The notes under the pieces are model-generated. The model was not told the origin of the DNA and made no database searches. It saw nothing but the letters and a program-made list of their open reading frames with translations. Position numbers and translations under genes: made by a program. 64,000 nucleotides of DNA from a virus: IMG/VR virus record IMGVR_UViG_3300042458_002038, positions 1 through 64,000 of that record. One strand, given 5' to 3'. This document shows, one piece after another, positions 1 through 7,601 of this stretch (positions are counted from its first letter, which is position 1; every line of letters begins with the position of its first letter).

Positions 1-4
1 TGAT

Positions 5-78
5 TGGTGCGGGATGAGAGAATCGAACTCTCGACTTCAGTTTGGAAGACTATCATTTTACCATTAAACTAATCCCGC
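5..78 (-). tRNA. tRNA-Gly(TCC)
   Basis: Cloverleaf GCGGGAT...ATCCCGC-A-CCA, anticodon loop CTTCCAA, TTCGA T-loop. Confidence 0.92.
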
Positions 79-86
79 GGAAAGAG

Positions 87-181
87 CCTTGGCCATCAGA
101 AGGATTACTGTCGCGACCAGCCTAACTTCTGACTTGCTTCACACTCGTGAGCAATACCCAAATTGCGGGTAGATACCAAGG
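87..181 (-). ncRNA. putative structured RNA (four-way junction) between tRNAs
   Basis: Closing helix CCTTGG/CCAAGG encloses three hairpins (TACCC/GGGTA, TTGCT-CAC/GTG-AAGCAA, TCAGAAG/CTTCTGA); no ORF. Confidence 0.55.
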
Positions 182-186
182 GAAAT

Positions 187-261
187 TGGTAGAGGCACTG
201 GGTAACGATCCCAGTTCTTCGAGTTAAAAGCTCGATGCTTCACCATTAAAGCTTTACCTCC
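187..261 (-). tRNA. tRNA-Lys(TTT)
   Basis: TCGAG-CTTTTAA-CTCGA anticodon arm, CCA end, atypical T-loop ATCGTTA. Confidence 0.9.
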
Positions 262-451
262 ATTTTAAAAATTCCCGTGAATAACTGTATTGTGATGAAC
301 ACGGGTATGTTCGGTTTCCTTACTTCGCAGTTTCTTTTTTGCGCCCTGGGGTCTTCCTATCATCACAAACGGCGCTGCGAAACCATCTGCAGCTTTACAC
401 ATTTTGTTTTCTCGAGCCGCGGACTCTTACAACTGGGTCATTACCTTAAAT

Positions 452-528
452 TGGTTGCGGGTGAGGCGCTCGAATCCTCCAGAATAGTGCTTATGAGACA
501 CTCAACTAACCATCTTGTTCTACCCACG
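452..528 (-). tRNA. tRNA-Met(CAT), C1:A72 mismatch
   Basis: AGTGT-CTCATAA-GCACT arm, CCA end; one mismatch in T-stem. Confidence 0.8.
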
Positions 529-537
529 ATTGAAAAT

Positions 538-611
538 TGGTAGAGGATAGAAGAATCGAACTTCTATGTTCTGAGTCAAAGTCAGATGCATTACCATTAT
601 GCTAATCCTCA
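538..611 (-). tRNA. tRNA-Gln(TTG)
   Basis: TCTGA-CTTTGAC-TCAGA arm, TTCGA T-loop, CCA end. Confidence 0.9.
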
Positions 612-613
612 AT

Positions 614-688
614 TGGTCCTGATGGAGAATTACGATATCTCGACCTTCCGCTTATCAAGCGGATGCTCTTCCTCTGAGCTACATCAGG
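614..688 (-). tRNA. tRNA-Ile(GAT)
   Basis: CCTGATG/CATCAGG acceptor, TCCGC-TTGATAA-GCGGA arm, CCA end. Confidence 0.9.
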
Positions 689-693
689 TAAAT

Positions 694-779
694 TGGTGGG
701 TAGTCTGGGGAACGATCCCAGCGAGCCTTGCGGCGTCAGATTTACAGTCTGAACCGTCTCCTTAACGGTATACCTACCC
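694..779 (-). tRNA. tRNA-Tyr(GTA)
   Basis: TCAGA-CTGTAAA-TCTGA arm, long variable arm, CCA end. Confidence 0.9.
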
Positions 780-786
780 ATAAAAT

Positions 787-861
787 TGGTTGCGGGTGGG
801 AGATTCGAACTCCCGTGAGATGCTTATGAGACACCTATCTGAACCACTCGATTAACCCGCG
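787..861 (-). tRNA. tRNA-Met(CAT), C1:A72 mismatch
   Basis: GGTGT-CTCATAA-GCATC arm, TTCGAAT T-loop, CCA end. Confidence 0.88.
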
Positions 862-1139
862 ATTAAAAAATTTACACCAATACCTTTTATGATTGTCTGC
901 ATGCTCAATATACACCAACCTCAGTTTCATAAACGTGCTATTAAAATTTAAAGGCCGTACTCTTCGCACGTTTAACCCCAGCATTCGGCGGATGGGCACC
1001 TAAAAGTGTTTCAGTGAAGTTTTACTTGTGAACGGCTTCAACTCAAAGCGAGGAGCGGAATCACATTCTTCTTGTTTGGTACCAGGGACTGAATGCTCCT
1101 GGGTTTTTAAATCAAAATGTTGTCAAAGAAATGTTGTTG

Positions 1140-1296
1140 TCCAAACACGATTGTCACTCAGCATGACCTCAATGATTTTAACTAGGGCTTCTCATTCCGA
1201 GGCGGTAACCTCATTTAGAGCGTAGTGATTAACGGAACGGATTTTCACCATTCAGCAGGGTTATTAGCCCTTCGCCTAGCAACAATCGTATTTGGA
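1140..1296 (-). ncRNA. putative ~157-nt multibranched RNA
   Basis: 15-bp closing helix TCCAAATACGATTGT/ACAATCGTGTTTGGA (G-U pair only on minus strand) with inner CTAGG/CCTAG, AGGG/CCCT, GAATGG/CCGTTC and GAGG/CCTC helices; downstream of two promoters. Confidence 0.55.
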
Positions 1297-1378
1297 GAAC
1301 AAGCTACAATCAAGACTTTGCCTTGAAGGAATCGCATCAGCCGAGTTTTTGAATCTCAACCAGTTTGATCGTGTTGTA

Positions 1379-1407
1379 ATTGTAATCTATTTTGTCGGCC
1401 TTGTAAA
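1379..1407 (-). promoter_or_regulatory. sigma70-type promoter for RNA cluster
   Basis: TTTACA-N17-TACAAT. Confidence 0.65.
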
Positions 1408-1473
1408 GGACAAAATGCGTTTAATTTCACTTTGCGATTTACGTTTGACTAATTGGATTCGCCTTACAGAATT

Positions 1474-1556
1474 ATTATACCACAAAAAATCGGCTTTGTA
1501 AAGGAAAAAATGCATGTTTTTGCATTTATTTTCAGCCGTTGAAAATCAACAGGTTA
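1474..1556 (-). promoter_or_regulatory. early promoter module with upstream ATGCAT box and IHF-like site
   Basis: TTTACA-N17-TATAAT (1474-1502); AATCAACAGGTTA at 1544-1556 fits WATCAANNNNTTR. Confidence 0.75.
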
Positions 1557-1782
1557 CGGATTTTGCGGAAAAATGGCCCAGAATGGCATCAACTCCAGCA
1601 TATCTGGCGCCATCAGAGCTTAGGAGAAGCGGAACAGTCTTTATGCCGTTGTCGCTAAAAAACTGCTGATCATCTTCCATATTGATCACTCCCACGGTGA
1701 TGCTATTCTCTGAGAGATACTTCTTAATCATTGCGCATGGTCCGCAAAATTCGCTGCTTGCTAGTGTGTATGTTTGTTTCAT
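1546..1782 (-). CDS. glutaredoxin/NrdH-like redoxin
   Basis: CGPC active site, TVP motif, 78 aa. Confidence 0.85.
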   Translation of the reverse strand: MKQTYTLASSEFCGPCAMIKKYLSENSITVGVINMEDDQQFFSDNGIKTVPLLLSSDGARYAGVDAILGHFSAKSVTC

Positions 1783-1803
1783 ATAGTTTATATATTAGAA
1801 AAG

Positions 1804-1892
1804 CGGATGCCGGAGGTATTGCGCCCCAAGGTCAGGATCACTGCCTCGATCCGATTAGCAATCGGTCCTAGTTCTTAACTAGATCAACATCC
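1804..1892 (-). tRNA. non-canonical (8/4, tRNA-Sec-like fold) tRNA with GCT (Ser) anticodon
   Basis: 8-bp acceptor GGATGTTG/CGGCATCC, G discriminator, 6-bp D-stem CTAGTT/AACTAG, CCGA-TTGCTAA-TCGG, long V-arm, 4-bp T-stem GGGG/CCTC; no encoded CCA. Confidence 0.6.
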
Positions 1893-2656
1893 ATATAATG
1901 AGATTTGTATAATTTTGATTTAAATGGAACGCCTTTAATGGGAAGATACTCTAAAATATATTCTACGAATAATCTGCGAATCTTATATTCGGGTATCAGA
2001 ATATTTCTAGCAAAATCACATAATGATGAATAACTGCCATTATTAAATTGAATCCAATATGATTTTGCTAATAACTGATTTGTTTCTTTTCTGCTTTTTA
2101 AGGTTTCTCTCCTTAGCTCACGAGCAATTTGTTTTTTATTTTGACGCGGCCTTAAATTTTTTGCTCGTGATGGGCGAGGTTTTCGTTTAAAAACTATCCA
2201 TTTGTTGCGGCCTTTAATCCATCCTTCGGGAATCGGCAATGTTTTATCAATGCATCTACTTTCCTTGAGATCAATATTTGAAATCCAATGCTTTCCAAAT
2301 TGCGAATTTCGTTCGCCTTTTTGAGTAATCTTGTTATTCCGTGAAATATATTTAGCACATTCTTTGCGAGCCCATTCATACATCCGACCAGATTTAATAC
2401 ATGGGCGATCTGAATTTTTAGAAGGTTTCATTTGCATTGCCCAAATAGCATGAGCATTCTCAGCGCATCTATTAAATCTCGCAAGAAGTAAATGGGCTAT
2501 GTAATGTTCACGACCGGTTAATGCAACCTTATTTGTCTTATCATCAGATCCTCCTAGTGATGAAGGAATTATATGATGATTTTCTTTATATCCGGAAAGT
2601 ATAGGATTTGTTTTCCTATACTGAATAAGTTGATTGTAAATTCGTTCATAGTCCAT
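1868..2656 (-). CDS. HNH homing endonuclease (Mob-like)
   Basis: ENHHIIPSSLGGSDD..N...LT.REHYIAHLLL HNH motif; AT-rich; late promoter TATAAATA at 2665-2672. Confidence 0.88.
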   Translation of the reverse strand: MDYERIYNQLIQYRKTNPILSGYKENHHIIPSSLGGSDDKTNKVALTGREHYIAHLLLARFNRCAENAHAIWAMQMKPSKNSDRPCIKSGRMYEWARKECAKYISRNNKITQKGERNSQFGKHWISNIDLKESRCIDKTLPIPEGWIKGRNKWIVFKRKPRPSRAKNLRPRQNKKQIARELRRETLKSRKETNQLLAKSYWIQFNNGSYSSLCDFARNILIPEYKIRRLFVEYILEYLPIKGVPFKSKLYKSHYMDVDLVKN

Positions 2657-2678
2657 TATAAAACTATTTATACAAATT

Positions 2679-2758
2679 ACGAACCTGTGAACCGGAGCAC
2701 CCTATTAAAGGTGACTTCTGTTTAGCAAACAGATACATTGCCACTCTGTCACATCTCC
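2679..2758 (-). pseudogene. 3'-truncated tRNA-Ser(GCT)
   Basis: GGAGATG 5' acceptor strand, TCTGT-TTGCTAA-ACAGA arm, long V-arm, GGTTCG, then no 3' T-stem or acceptor strand before the endonuclease cassette. Confidence 0.7.
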
Positions 2759-2764
2759 GTAAAT

Positions 2765-2840
2765 TGGTCTCCTACCAAGGAATCGAACCTTGCTCATCTT
2801 AGCCCCAAACTAAGCGCCTACCCAGCCTTGCCCGTAGAAG
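2765..2840 (-). tRNA. tRNA-Pro(TGG)
   Basis: CTTCTAC/GTAGGAG acceptor, CTTAG-TTTGGGG-CTAAG arm, CCA end; weak D-arm. Confidence 0.8.
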
Positions 2841-2933
2841 ATATTAAAATTTAGAGGAAGCCCGTAACCTCTGTATGGCTTTTTATGAACAGCTTTAACA
2901 AGCATACAACCACGGCAATCCGAAGACAGGAAC

Positions 2934-3713
2934 TTAATCCACACCGTGAGCATCGCTACTGTTCCTGAGTGCAGTTGCAAAATTAATCATTTTTGAAATA
3001 CTATACCATGATAATTGAGTTTTATCTAAAATGAAAACTTTAATTGAATTTTGTATTTCAACCAACTCAATTTTTGTTATATCTGAAAACCCCATAGCTG
3101 GATTTACATTATTAATTAAAAAATCATTTTTTGGATCAAGATATACATCATATTCAGGTAGATAAAAATCAGGAGTATATTTTCTGTTTTTTCCATTAGG
3201 ATCAGTATATTCAAATGATTTTGGTTTTTCCCATATGATATTATTTTCATCTAATGAAATTGCTACCTTTAATTCGTAGCCTGAGCCTAATTTAACATCT
3301 TTATATTCAATACGGTTATTGATAAATTTACCTCCAATTCCACGACGTTTTGCGTGATCGGATTGAGATTTTCTCATTTCATCAGTCCAAATGCATTTAC
3401 CGCATTTTTCACTTAATTTATTACGTGTTTCTTCGGAAATTATTGGCTTAGGTAAACCTAAACGTTTAGCTTTAGTATGTTGATTTTGTGGCCCTAAACC
3501 AACTATGGGTTGTCTTACATAACCTTGTAAGCAAGCATTATAATGAGTATTATAATTTGAAACATTAAATTCCTTTCCGCAGTTTTCACACTCCTTTTTT
3601 GGCATATGTTTTTGAATTATTATTCCATCAATACAACGTGTAATATGTTTGTTAAAATTGCTTAATGAAATGTGTTTCTTACATTGTGGGCATTCTTTTG
3701 TAATACGTTGCAT
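2934..3713 (-). CDS. putative homing endonuclease, zinc fingers plus PD-(D/E)XK (TnsA-N-like) domain
   Basis: Two CxxC..H motifs, NUMOD3-like segment, YTPDFYLPEYDVYLDPK motif; late promoter at 3719-3726. Confidence 0.8.
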   Translation of the reverse strand: MQRITKECPQCKKHISLSNFNKHITRCIDGIIIQKHMPKKECENCGKEFNVSNYNTHYNACLQGYVRQPIVGLGPQNQHTKAKRLGLPKPIISEETRNKLSEKCGKCIWTDEMRKSQSDHAKRRGIGGKFINNRIEYKDVKLGSGYELKVAISLDENNIIWEKPKSFEYTDPNGKNRKYTPDFYLPEYDVYLDPKNDFLINNVNPAMGFSDITKIELVEIQNSIKVFILDKTQLSWYSISKMINFATALRNSSDAHGVD

Positions 3714-3728
3714 AATTGTATTTATACA

Positions 3729-3760
3729 AAAGCACCCGCTTTATCACTAAGCTACATCTT
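3729..3760 (-). pseudogene. tRNA 5'-half remnant
   Basis: GATGTA-GCTT-AGTGATA-AAGC-G-GGTGC resembles a D-arm and anticodon stem start, broken at the endonuclease promoter. Confidence 0.4.
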
Positions 3761-3774
3761 TTTTTATAAAGTTT

Positions 3775-3867
3775 TGGTACTAGTGGTGGGGGTCGAACCC
3801 ACATACCGGTCTAGCCGGATTTTACGCCCTTATAAAGAACGGCCTTTACCATTCAGGTCACACTAGC
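3775..3867 (-). tRNA. tRNA with TAT anticodon (Ile) and long variable arm
   Basis: GCTAGTG/CACTAGT-A-CCA, CGTTC-TTTATAA-GGGCG, V-arm CCGG-CTAGA-CCGG, GGTTCGAC T-loop. Confidence 0.82.
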
Positions 3868-3871
3868 ATTA

Positions 3872-3903
3872 TCCAATCCGCTCTTCCGATGAGCTACAGG
3901 AGG
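3872..3903 (-). pseudogene. tRNA 5'-half remnant
   Basis: CCTCCTG-TA-GCTC-ATCGGAA-GAGC-G, no matching 3' half. Confidence 0.45.
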
Positions 3904-4097
3904 TTTTGAAAATTTGTGAGTTGCGCATTGGTGTGCGCTAAGGGACTCACGGCTCCATATTTAAACTTACTGTCATTGCATCTCTTTTCAGATCCAAGCC
4001 GTTCAACCACGGTCGTTACCTTGTTTGTAGCACAAGGCGCGCATTGAGATTTTGAAAAATTGTTGGGCAACGTGTTGTTGCCGTTTGTTATGCGATT

Positions 4098-4126
4098 ATT
4101 ATAATCTAAAAATTGAGATTTGTAAA
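4098..4126 (-). promoter_or_regulatory. sigma70-type promoter of tRNA operon
   Basis: TTTACA-N17-TATAAT. Confidence 0.75.
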
Positions 4127-4369
4127 GGAGTTTTTGTCTAAAATGTAAAAATAAAAAACCTTTGTTCCGTTTCCAGAACAAAGGTAAGTGTTTTAAATTT
4201 ACAGTGTCTGGATTCTATGCAGGCGGATATCCCTTTGATATAATACTGCAGCGGAACGGCGCAGGTCCTGCGAGCTGCTCGTTTGCTGTATTATTATGTT
4301 TGTCCTGTACCATACGCTTTATTTATATAAGTTGTTGTGCGTTTAAAGAAAAATATTACACCTTTACAA

Positions 4370-4711
4370 TTAAATTTGATCTCTTACATCACTTTCTCCG
4401 CCTGCGGTCCAATCCCACATAGTGCCAAGATGACGAACAGATGCGCCTTCCTCGGTGTGTTTCCACTTGTCTAACCATTTTTGCAACTTAGGGCTGTCAC
4501 CTTTGAATGTTACATACGCGGCTTTATCAAAGCGGTTATACCGACTGCTAACAAATTTAAAGCCGTTGGCTGTACCAAGCTTTTTTGCTTTGGCAATAAT
4601 ACCTTTCTCTTCATGCGCATAGCCAAGAAAAGGAACAGTCAATGTAACCGGTTTTCCTTCTGTTAGCATAGTACGATATGCATCGGCTGCAGTTGAGATA
4701 TTATTGTTCAT
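4370..4711 (-). CDS. putative internal head protein (paralog family)
   Basis: N-terminal TAADAYRTMLTE leader; domain shared with the 4716 and 5460 ORFs. Confidence 0.6.
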   Translation of the reverse strand: MNNNISTAADAYRTMLTEGKPVTLTVPFLGYAHEEKGIIAKAKKLGTANGFKFVSSRYNRFDKAAYVTFKGDSPKLQKWLDKWKHTEEGASVRHLGTMWDWTAGGESDVRDQI

Positions 4712-4715
4712 ATTT

Positions 4716-5453
4716 TTATACTTTTGCAGCAACAGTTAGTGCCTTTGCAATCTCTTTAAATTCGCTCTCGGATGCAGAGATATAAGCATTTCCACTATAG
4801 CTTTTCCATACCGACCAAGGGACTGTACCATCGGATGTATTAAGATTACCAGGATTCAGCTGCATGAATACTTTTTTACCACTAGAAATAAAAGTAAGGC
4901 AACCATCTCCAACATAAATTACGTCATTAACTGGTTGTCCGTTTACATTAGCCGCCTTTGAATGGTCAACTTTTAGACCGCCGTCAATCATTGGCTTGCC
5001 AACTCGTTTTGCGTTTGCAGCTAAAAATTTAGCGTAGTTTTGCTTCTTATCTTTTGAATGCGAAAACTCATCTTCTTCAGCTTCATTTAAAGCCGATTCA
5101 GTTGCATCTACGCTTTCGCTATAATCATTAACAATTTCTTCTTCGCTGTCGTCAGTGCGCATCCACTTGTTGACCCATTTAGCTAACTTGCTGCTGTCAC
5201 CTTTGATTGTGACATATACTGCTTCATCATAGCGGTCATATTCTCCACCATGAACGGTGAAGCCATTCTTAGAGCCAATCTCTTTAGCTTGAGCAAGAAC
5301 TTTTTTTTCATTTGTGCCAGGAAATGGAATACTTAGAGTAACCATCTTTCCTTCGTTTAGCGAAACGTCTTCAAGTGATGAGTATGTTTGTTCGGCTAAC
5401 ATTGCACGGTATGCGTCAGCTGCTGTTGGTGGGATTGAAATGTAGGTGTTCAT
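4716..5453 (-). CDS. putative internal head protein (paralog family)
   Basis: ISIPPTAADAYRAMLAEQ leader, LNE sites. Confidence 0.6.
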   Translation of the reverse strand: MNTYISIPPTAADAYRAMLAEQTYSSLEDVSLNEGKMVTLSIPFPGTNEKKVLAQAKEIGSKNGFTVHGGEYDRYDEAVYVTIKGDSSKLAKWVNKWMRTDDSEEEIVNDYSESVDATESALNEAEEDEFSHSKDKKQNYAKFLAANAKRVGKPMIDGGLKVDHSKAANVNGQPVNDVIYVGDGCLTFISSGKKVFMQLNPGNLNTSDGTVPWSVWKSYSGNAYISASESEFKEIAKALTVAAKV

Positions 5454-5459
5454 AAATTA

Positions 5460-6026
5460 TTAGTTACTCTTTACGCTCATACCCTTCATAATTTCTTTGA
5501 TTTGTTCAAAGTTTGCAAGGCGCGCAAGAACATGTACAATGTAATCAACTTTATTGTCAGGAATTTTTTTAATGACTGCCTTCAATTGCTTAAGCTTAAC
5601 TTTAGGAGGAGTTGATGCAAACCCATAATCAGGTGCTTCGATTTCTTCAGCTATAGAGGAATCATATGATTCGCTATAGTCATTTAAAATTTCTTCGTCA
5701 CTGTCGTCAGTACGCATCCACATATTAACAAATTTAGCTAACTTGCTAAGATCGCCTTTAAGTTCAATATCAACAGTTTTGTCATAACGGTTGTATTCAC
5801 CACCAAGAACAGTAAAGCCATGAGTCTTACCGAGAGTTTTAGCCTGAGCCATAATTTTATCTTCGTTTGACCCAGGAAATGGAACAGTCAATGTGACTAT
5901 CTTTGCTTCATCAAGTTGAGATACATTTTCAGCTGCAGCTTCTTCACGTGAAGCGTATGTTTGTTCGGCTAACATTGCACGATACGCATCAGCTGCTGTT
6001 GGTGGGATTGAGATGTGGTTATTCAT
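5460..6026 (-). CDS. putative internal head protein (paralog family)
   Basis: Same leader; late promoter at 6038-6045. Confidence 0.6.
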   Translation of the reverse strand: MNNHISIPPTAADAYRAMLAEQTYASREEAAAENVSQLDEAKIVTLTVPFPGSNEDKIMAQAKTLGKTHGFTVLGGEYNRYDKTVDIELKGDLSKLAKFVNMWMRTDDSDEEILNDYSESYDSSIAEEIEAPDYGFASTPPKVKLKQLKAVIKKIPDNKVDYIVHVLARLANFEQIKEIMKGMSVKSN

Positions 6027-6040
6027 AGATTGTAGTTTAT

Positions 6041-6451
6041 TTATAAGTAAATTTTATTGGGCTCGCTTGAAATAAGAGCTGGTGCAGTTAGTTTACTGTT
6101 ATTAGAATTTACAACAAAATAATTTCCTTTATTGTCAACATCCACTTCAGCCAGTCCAGCATCAGCAAGATCCTCACCAGTTGCAACATTTACGCTATAC
6201 CATTTTTGTACACCAAGTGTAGCTAGTTTGCCAGAGTTGCCAATAAGCTTGTATGGGCTAACCTTATATAGTTGGTCGTCATCTGGAAAGTATACATAAC
6301 CTGCTGCAATGATTTGTGCTTTAATTGCAGCTTCGTTGAGTTGAAGAGTACTTTCAACAGTAACTTCTTCAAGAGAAGCGTATGTTTGTTCATCTAACAT
6401 CGCACGATATGCGTCGGCTGCTGTTGGTGGGATTGAAATATTTGGATTCAT
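6041..6451 (-). CDS. putative internal head protein (paralog family)
   Basis: Same leader, different body; late promoter at 6456-6463. Confidence 0.6.
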   Translation of the reverse strand: MNPNISIPPTAADAYRAMLDEQTYASLEEVTVESTLQLNEAAIKAQIIAAGYVYFPDDDQLYKVSPYKLIGNSGKLATLGVQKWYSVNVATGEDLADAGLAEVDVDNKGNYFVVNSNNSKLTAPALISSEPNKIYL

Positions 6452-6464
6452 ACCTTATTTATAA

Positions 6465-6767
6465 TTATTTTTTCTTATACACATATGAAACTGGAACCTC
6501 ATCTTCTGAGTTGAACGCCTTTGCTTCCTTTTTAATTTTGTTGAGTTTATCAATAATAGCCGCAAATGATTTTACATCAAAATCATCGCCATTCATTTGA
6601 CTGTCCGCAAAGCTTTTGAGATCACGAGCAACAACATACAATTCATTGCCTACAACATTCCCTGGAAGTCGATAAAAAGATGCGGCTTCAACCAGAGCGT
6701 GGTTGGCTTCAATTGCTTGGTCATATGAAGCTTGAGCCATTTGACGATATGCTGTAGTGATATTCAT
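6465..6767 (-). CDS. hypothetical late protein, related leader
   Basis: MNITTAYRQM..LVEA; late promoter at 6775-6782. Confidence 0.55.
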   Translation of the reverse strand: MNITTAYRQMAQASYDQAIEANHALVEAASFYRLPGNVVGNELYVVARDLKSFADSQMNGDDFDVKSFAAIIDKLNKIKKEAKAFNSEDEVPVSYVYKKK

Positions 6768-6777
6768 TATACCTTAT

Positions 6778-7362
6778 TTATACAAGGAAGGTTTTCCACT
6801 CTTCTCGAATCTCTACTTTTTCGCTAAGTGCAGCAAACTCCACATCATTAAGAATCTTTGGTTTTACACTGCTGCCTTTGATGTTTTGATATGGAAACTT
6901 GTTGCTCTTTTTGCTGTTGCATTTTTTGCAACTCAATACAATGTTGCTATCATCATTGCTTCCACCTCTGCTGCGTGGCAATACATGATCTCGTGTTGCA
7001 GCCGTAAAAGGAATCTTTTTGAGACAGTATTGACATTCTCCATCATACACATAATATAGCTGTCTCAAGTTGATGACACGATTGCGTCTCTTGCCAAAAG
7101 TACCAAAGTATCCTGGGATCACCACAATTGTAGGCACGGCCCAACAGCTGTCAACGCTGCGCAGCGCTGGATGATCTGGCACAAGATATTCATCATTTGC
7201 AATCCAGCTATCCCAATCATGAATATTGCCATACAAGTCATATGCTTTAACGCCGCCCACAATCATATTGCGAACTGCACTGCGCGCACTAAAGAATCCG
7301 CAGGCCTGAAAGCCTGCAGTCAAGACGAGTGTGGTTTTTGTTTTGGGTGCTACAGGCGTCAC
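6778..7362 (-). CDS. HNH endonuclease (McrA-like)
   Basis: CQYC...TRDHVLPRSRGGS...NIVLSCKKCNSKK. Confidence 0.88.
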   Translation of the reverse strand: MTPVAPKTKTTLVLTAGFQACGFFSARSAVRNMIVGGVKAYDLYGNIHDWDSWIANDEYLVPDHPALRSVDSCWAVPTIVVIPGYFGTFGKRRNRVINLRQLYYVYDGECQYCLKKIPFTAATRDHVLPRSRGGSNDDSNIVLSCKKCNSKKSNKFPYQNIKGSSVKPKILNDVEFAALSEKVEIREEWKTFLV

Positions 7363-7544
7363 ACCACAGCCTCCTTTACATTTTGTTTTTCGGCACGCTC
7401 AATCGCAGAGTCAATAATGGCCTGAAACTCTTTAAGTTTCGCAGCGTCATTATCCAATAAGCTAGAGATGTCTCGATTGTATTTTAGCGAAAGCAATGAT
7501 CCACGAAGAGTGCCAGCGAGATTTGCATAAGAAGTAGGTGTCAT
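7359..7544 (-). CDS. hypothetical protein
   Basis: ORF downstream of promoter at 7567-7595, coupled to the next gene. Confidence 0.6.
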   Translation of the reverse strand: MTPTSYANLAGTLRGSLLSLKYNRDISSLLDNDAAKLKEFQAIIDSAIERAEKQNVKEAVV

Positions 7545-7566
7545 GTTGTGGTTTCCTTAGAGTATT

Positions 7567-7595
7567 ATTATACACAGAAAACCACAACATGTAAA
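7567..7595 (-). promoter_or_regulatory. sigma70-type early promoter
   Basis: TTTACA-N17-TATAAT followed by TAAGGAAACC. Confidence 0.75.
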
Positions 7596-7601
7596 GGACT
7601 T

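Noticed and set aside
277-1501. Plus-strand ORFs at 277, 1028 and 1292
   Set aside because: Antisense to tRNAs, structured RNAs and promoters; no motifs
4215-4313. 32-codon ORF or hairpin after the late promoter at 4320-4327
   Set aside because: Cannot tell peptide from RNA or chance; no motif support
1-4330. tmRNA or CRISPR mini-array in the RNA cluster
   Set aside because: No tag reading frame with tRNA-like ends and no regularly spaced direct repeats seen
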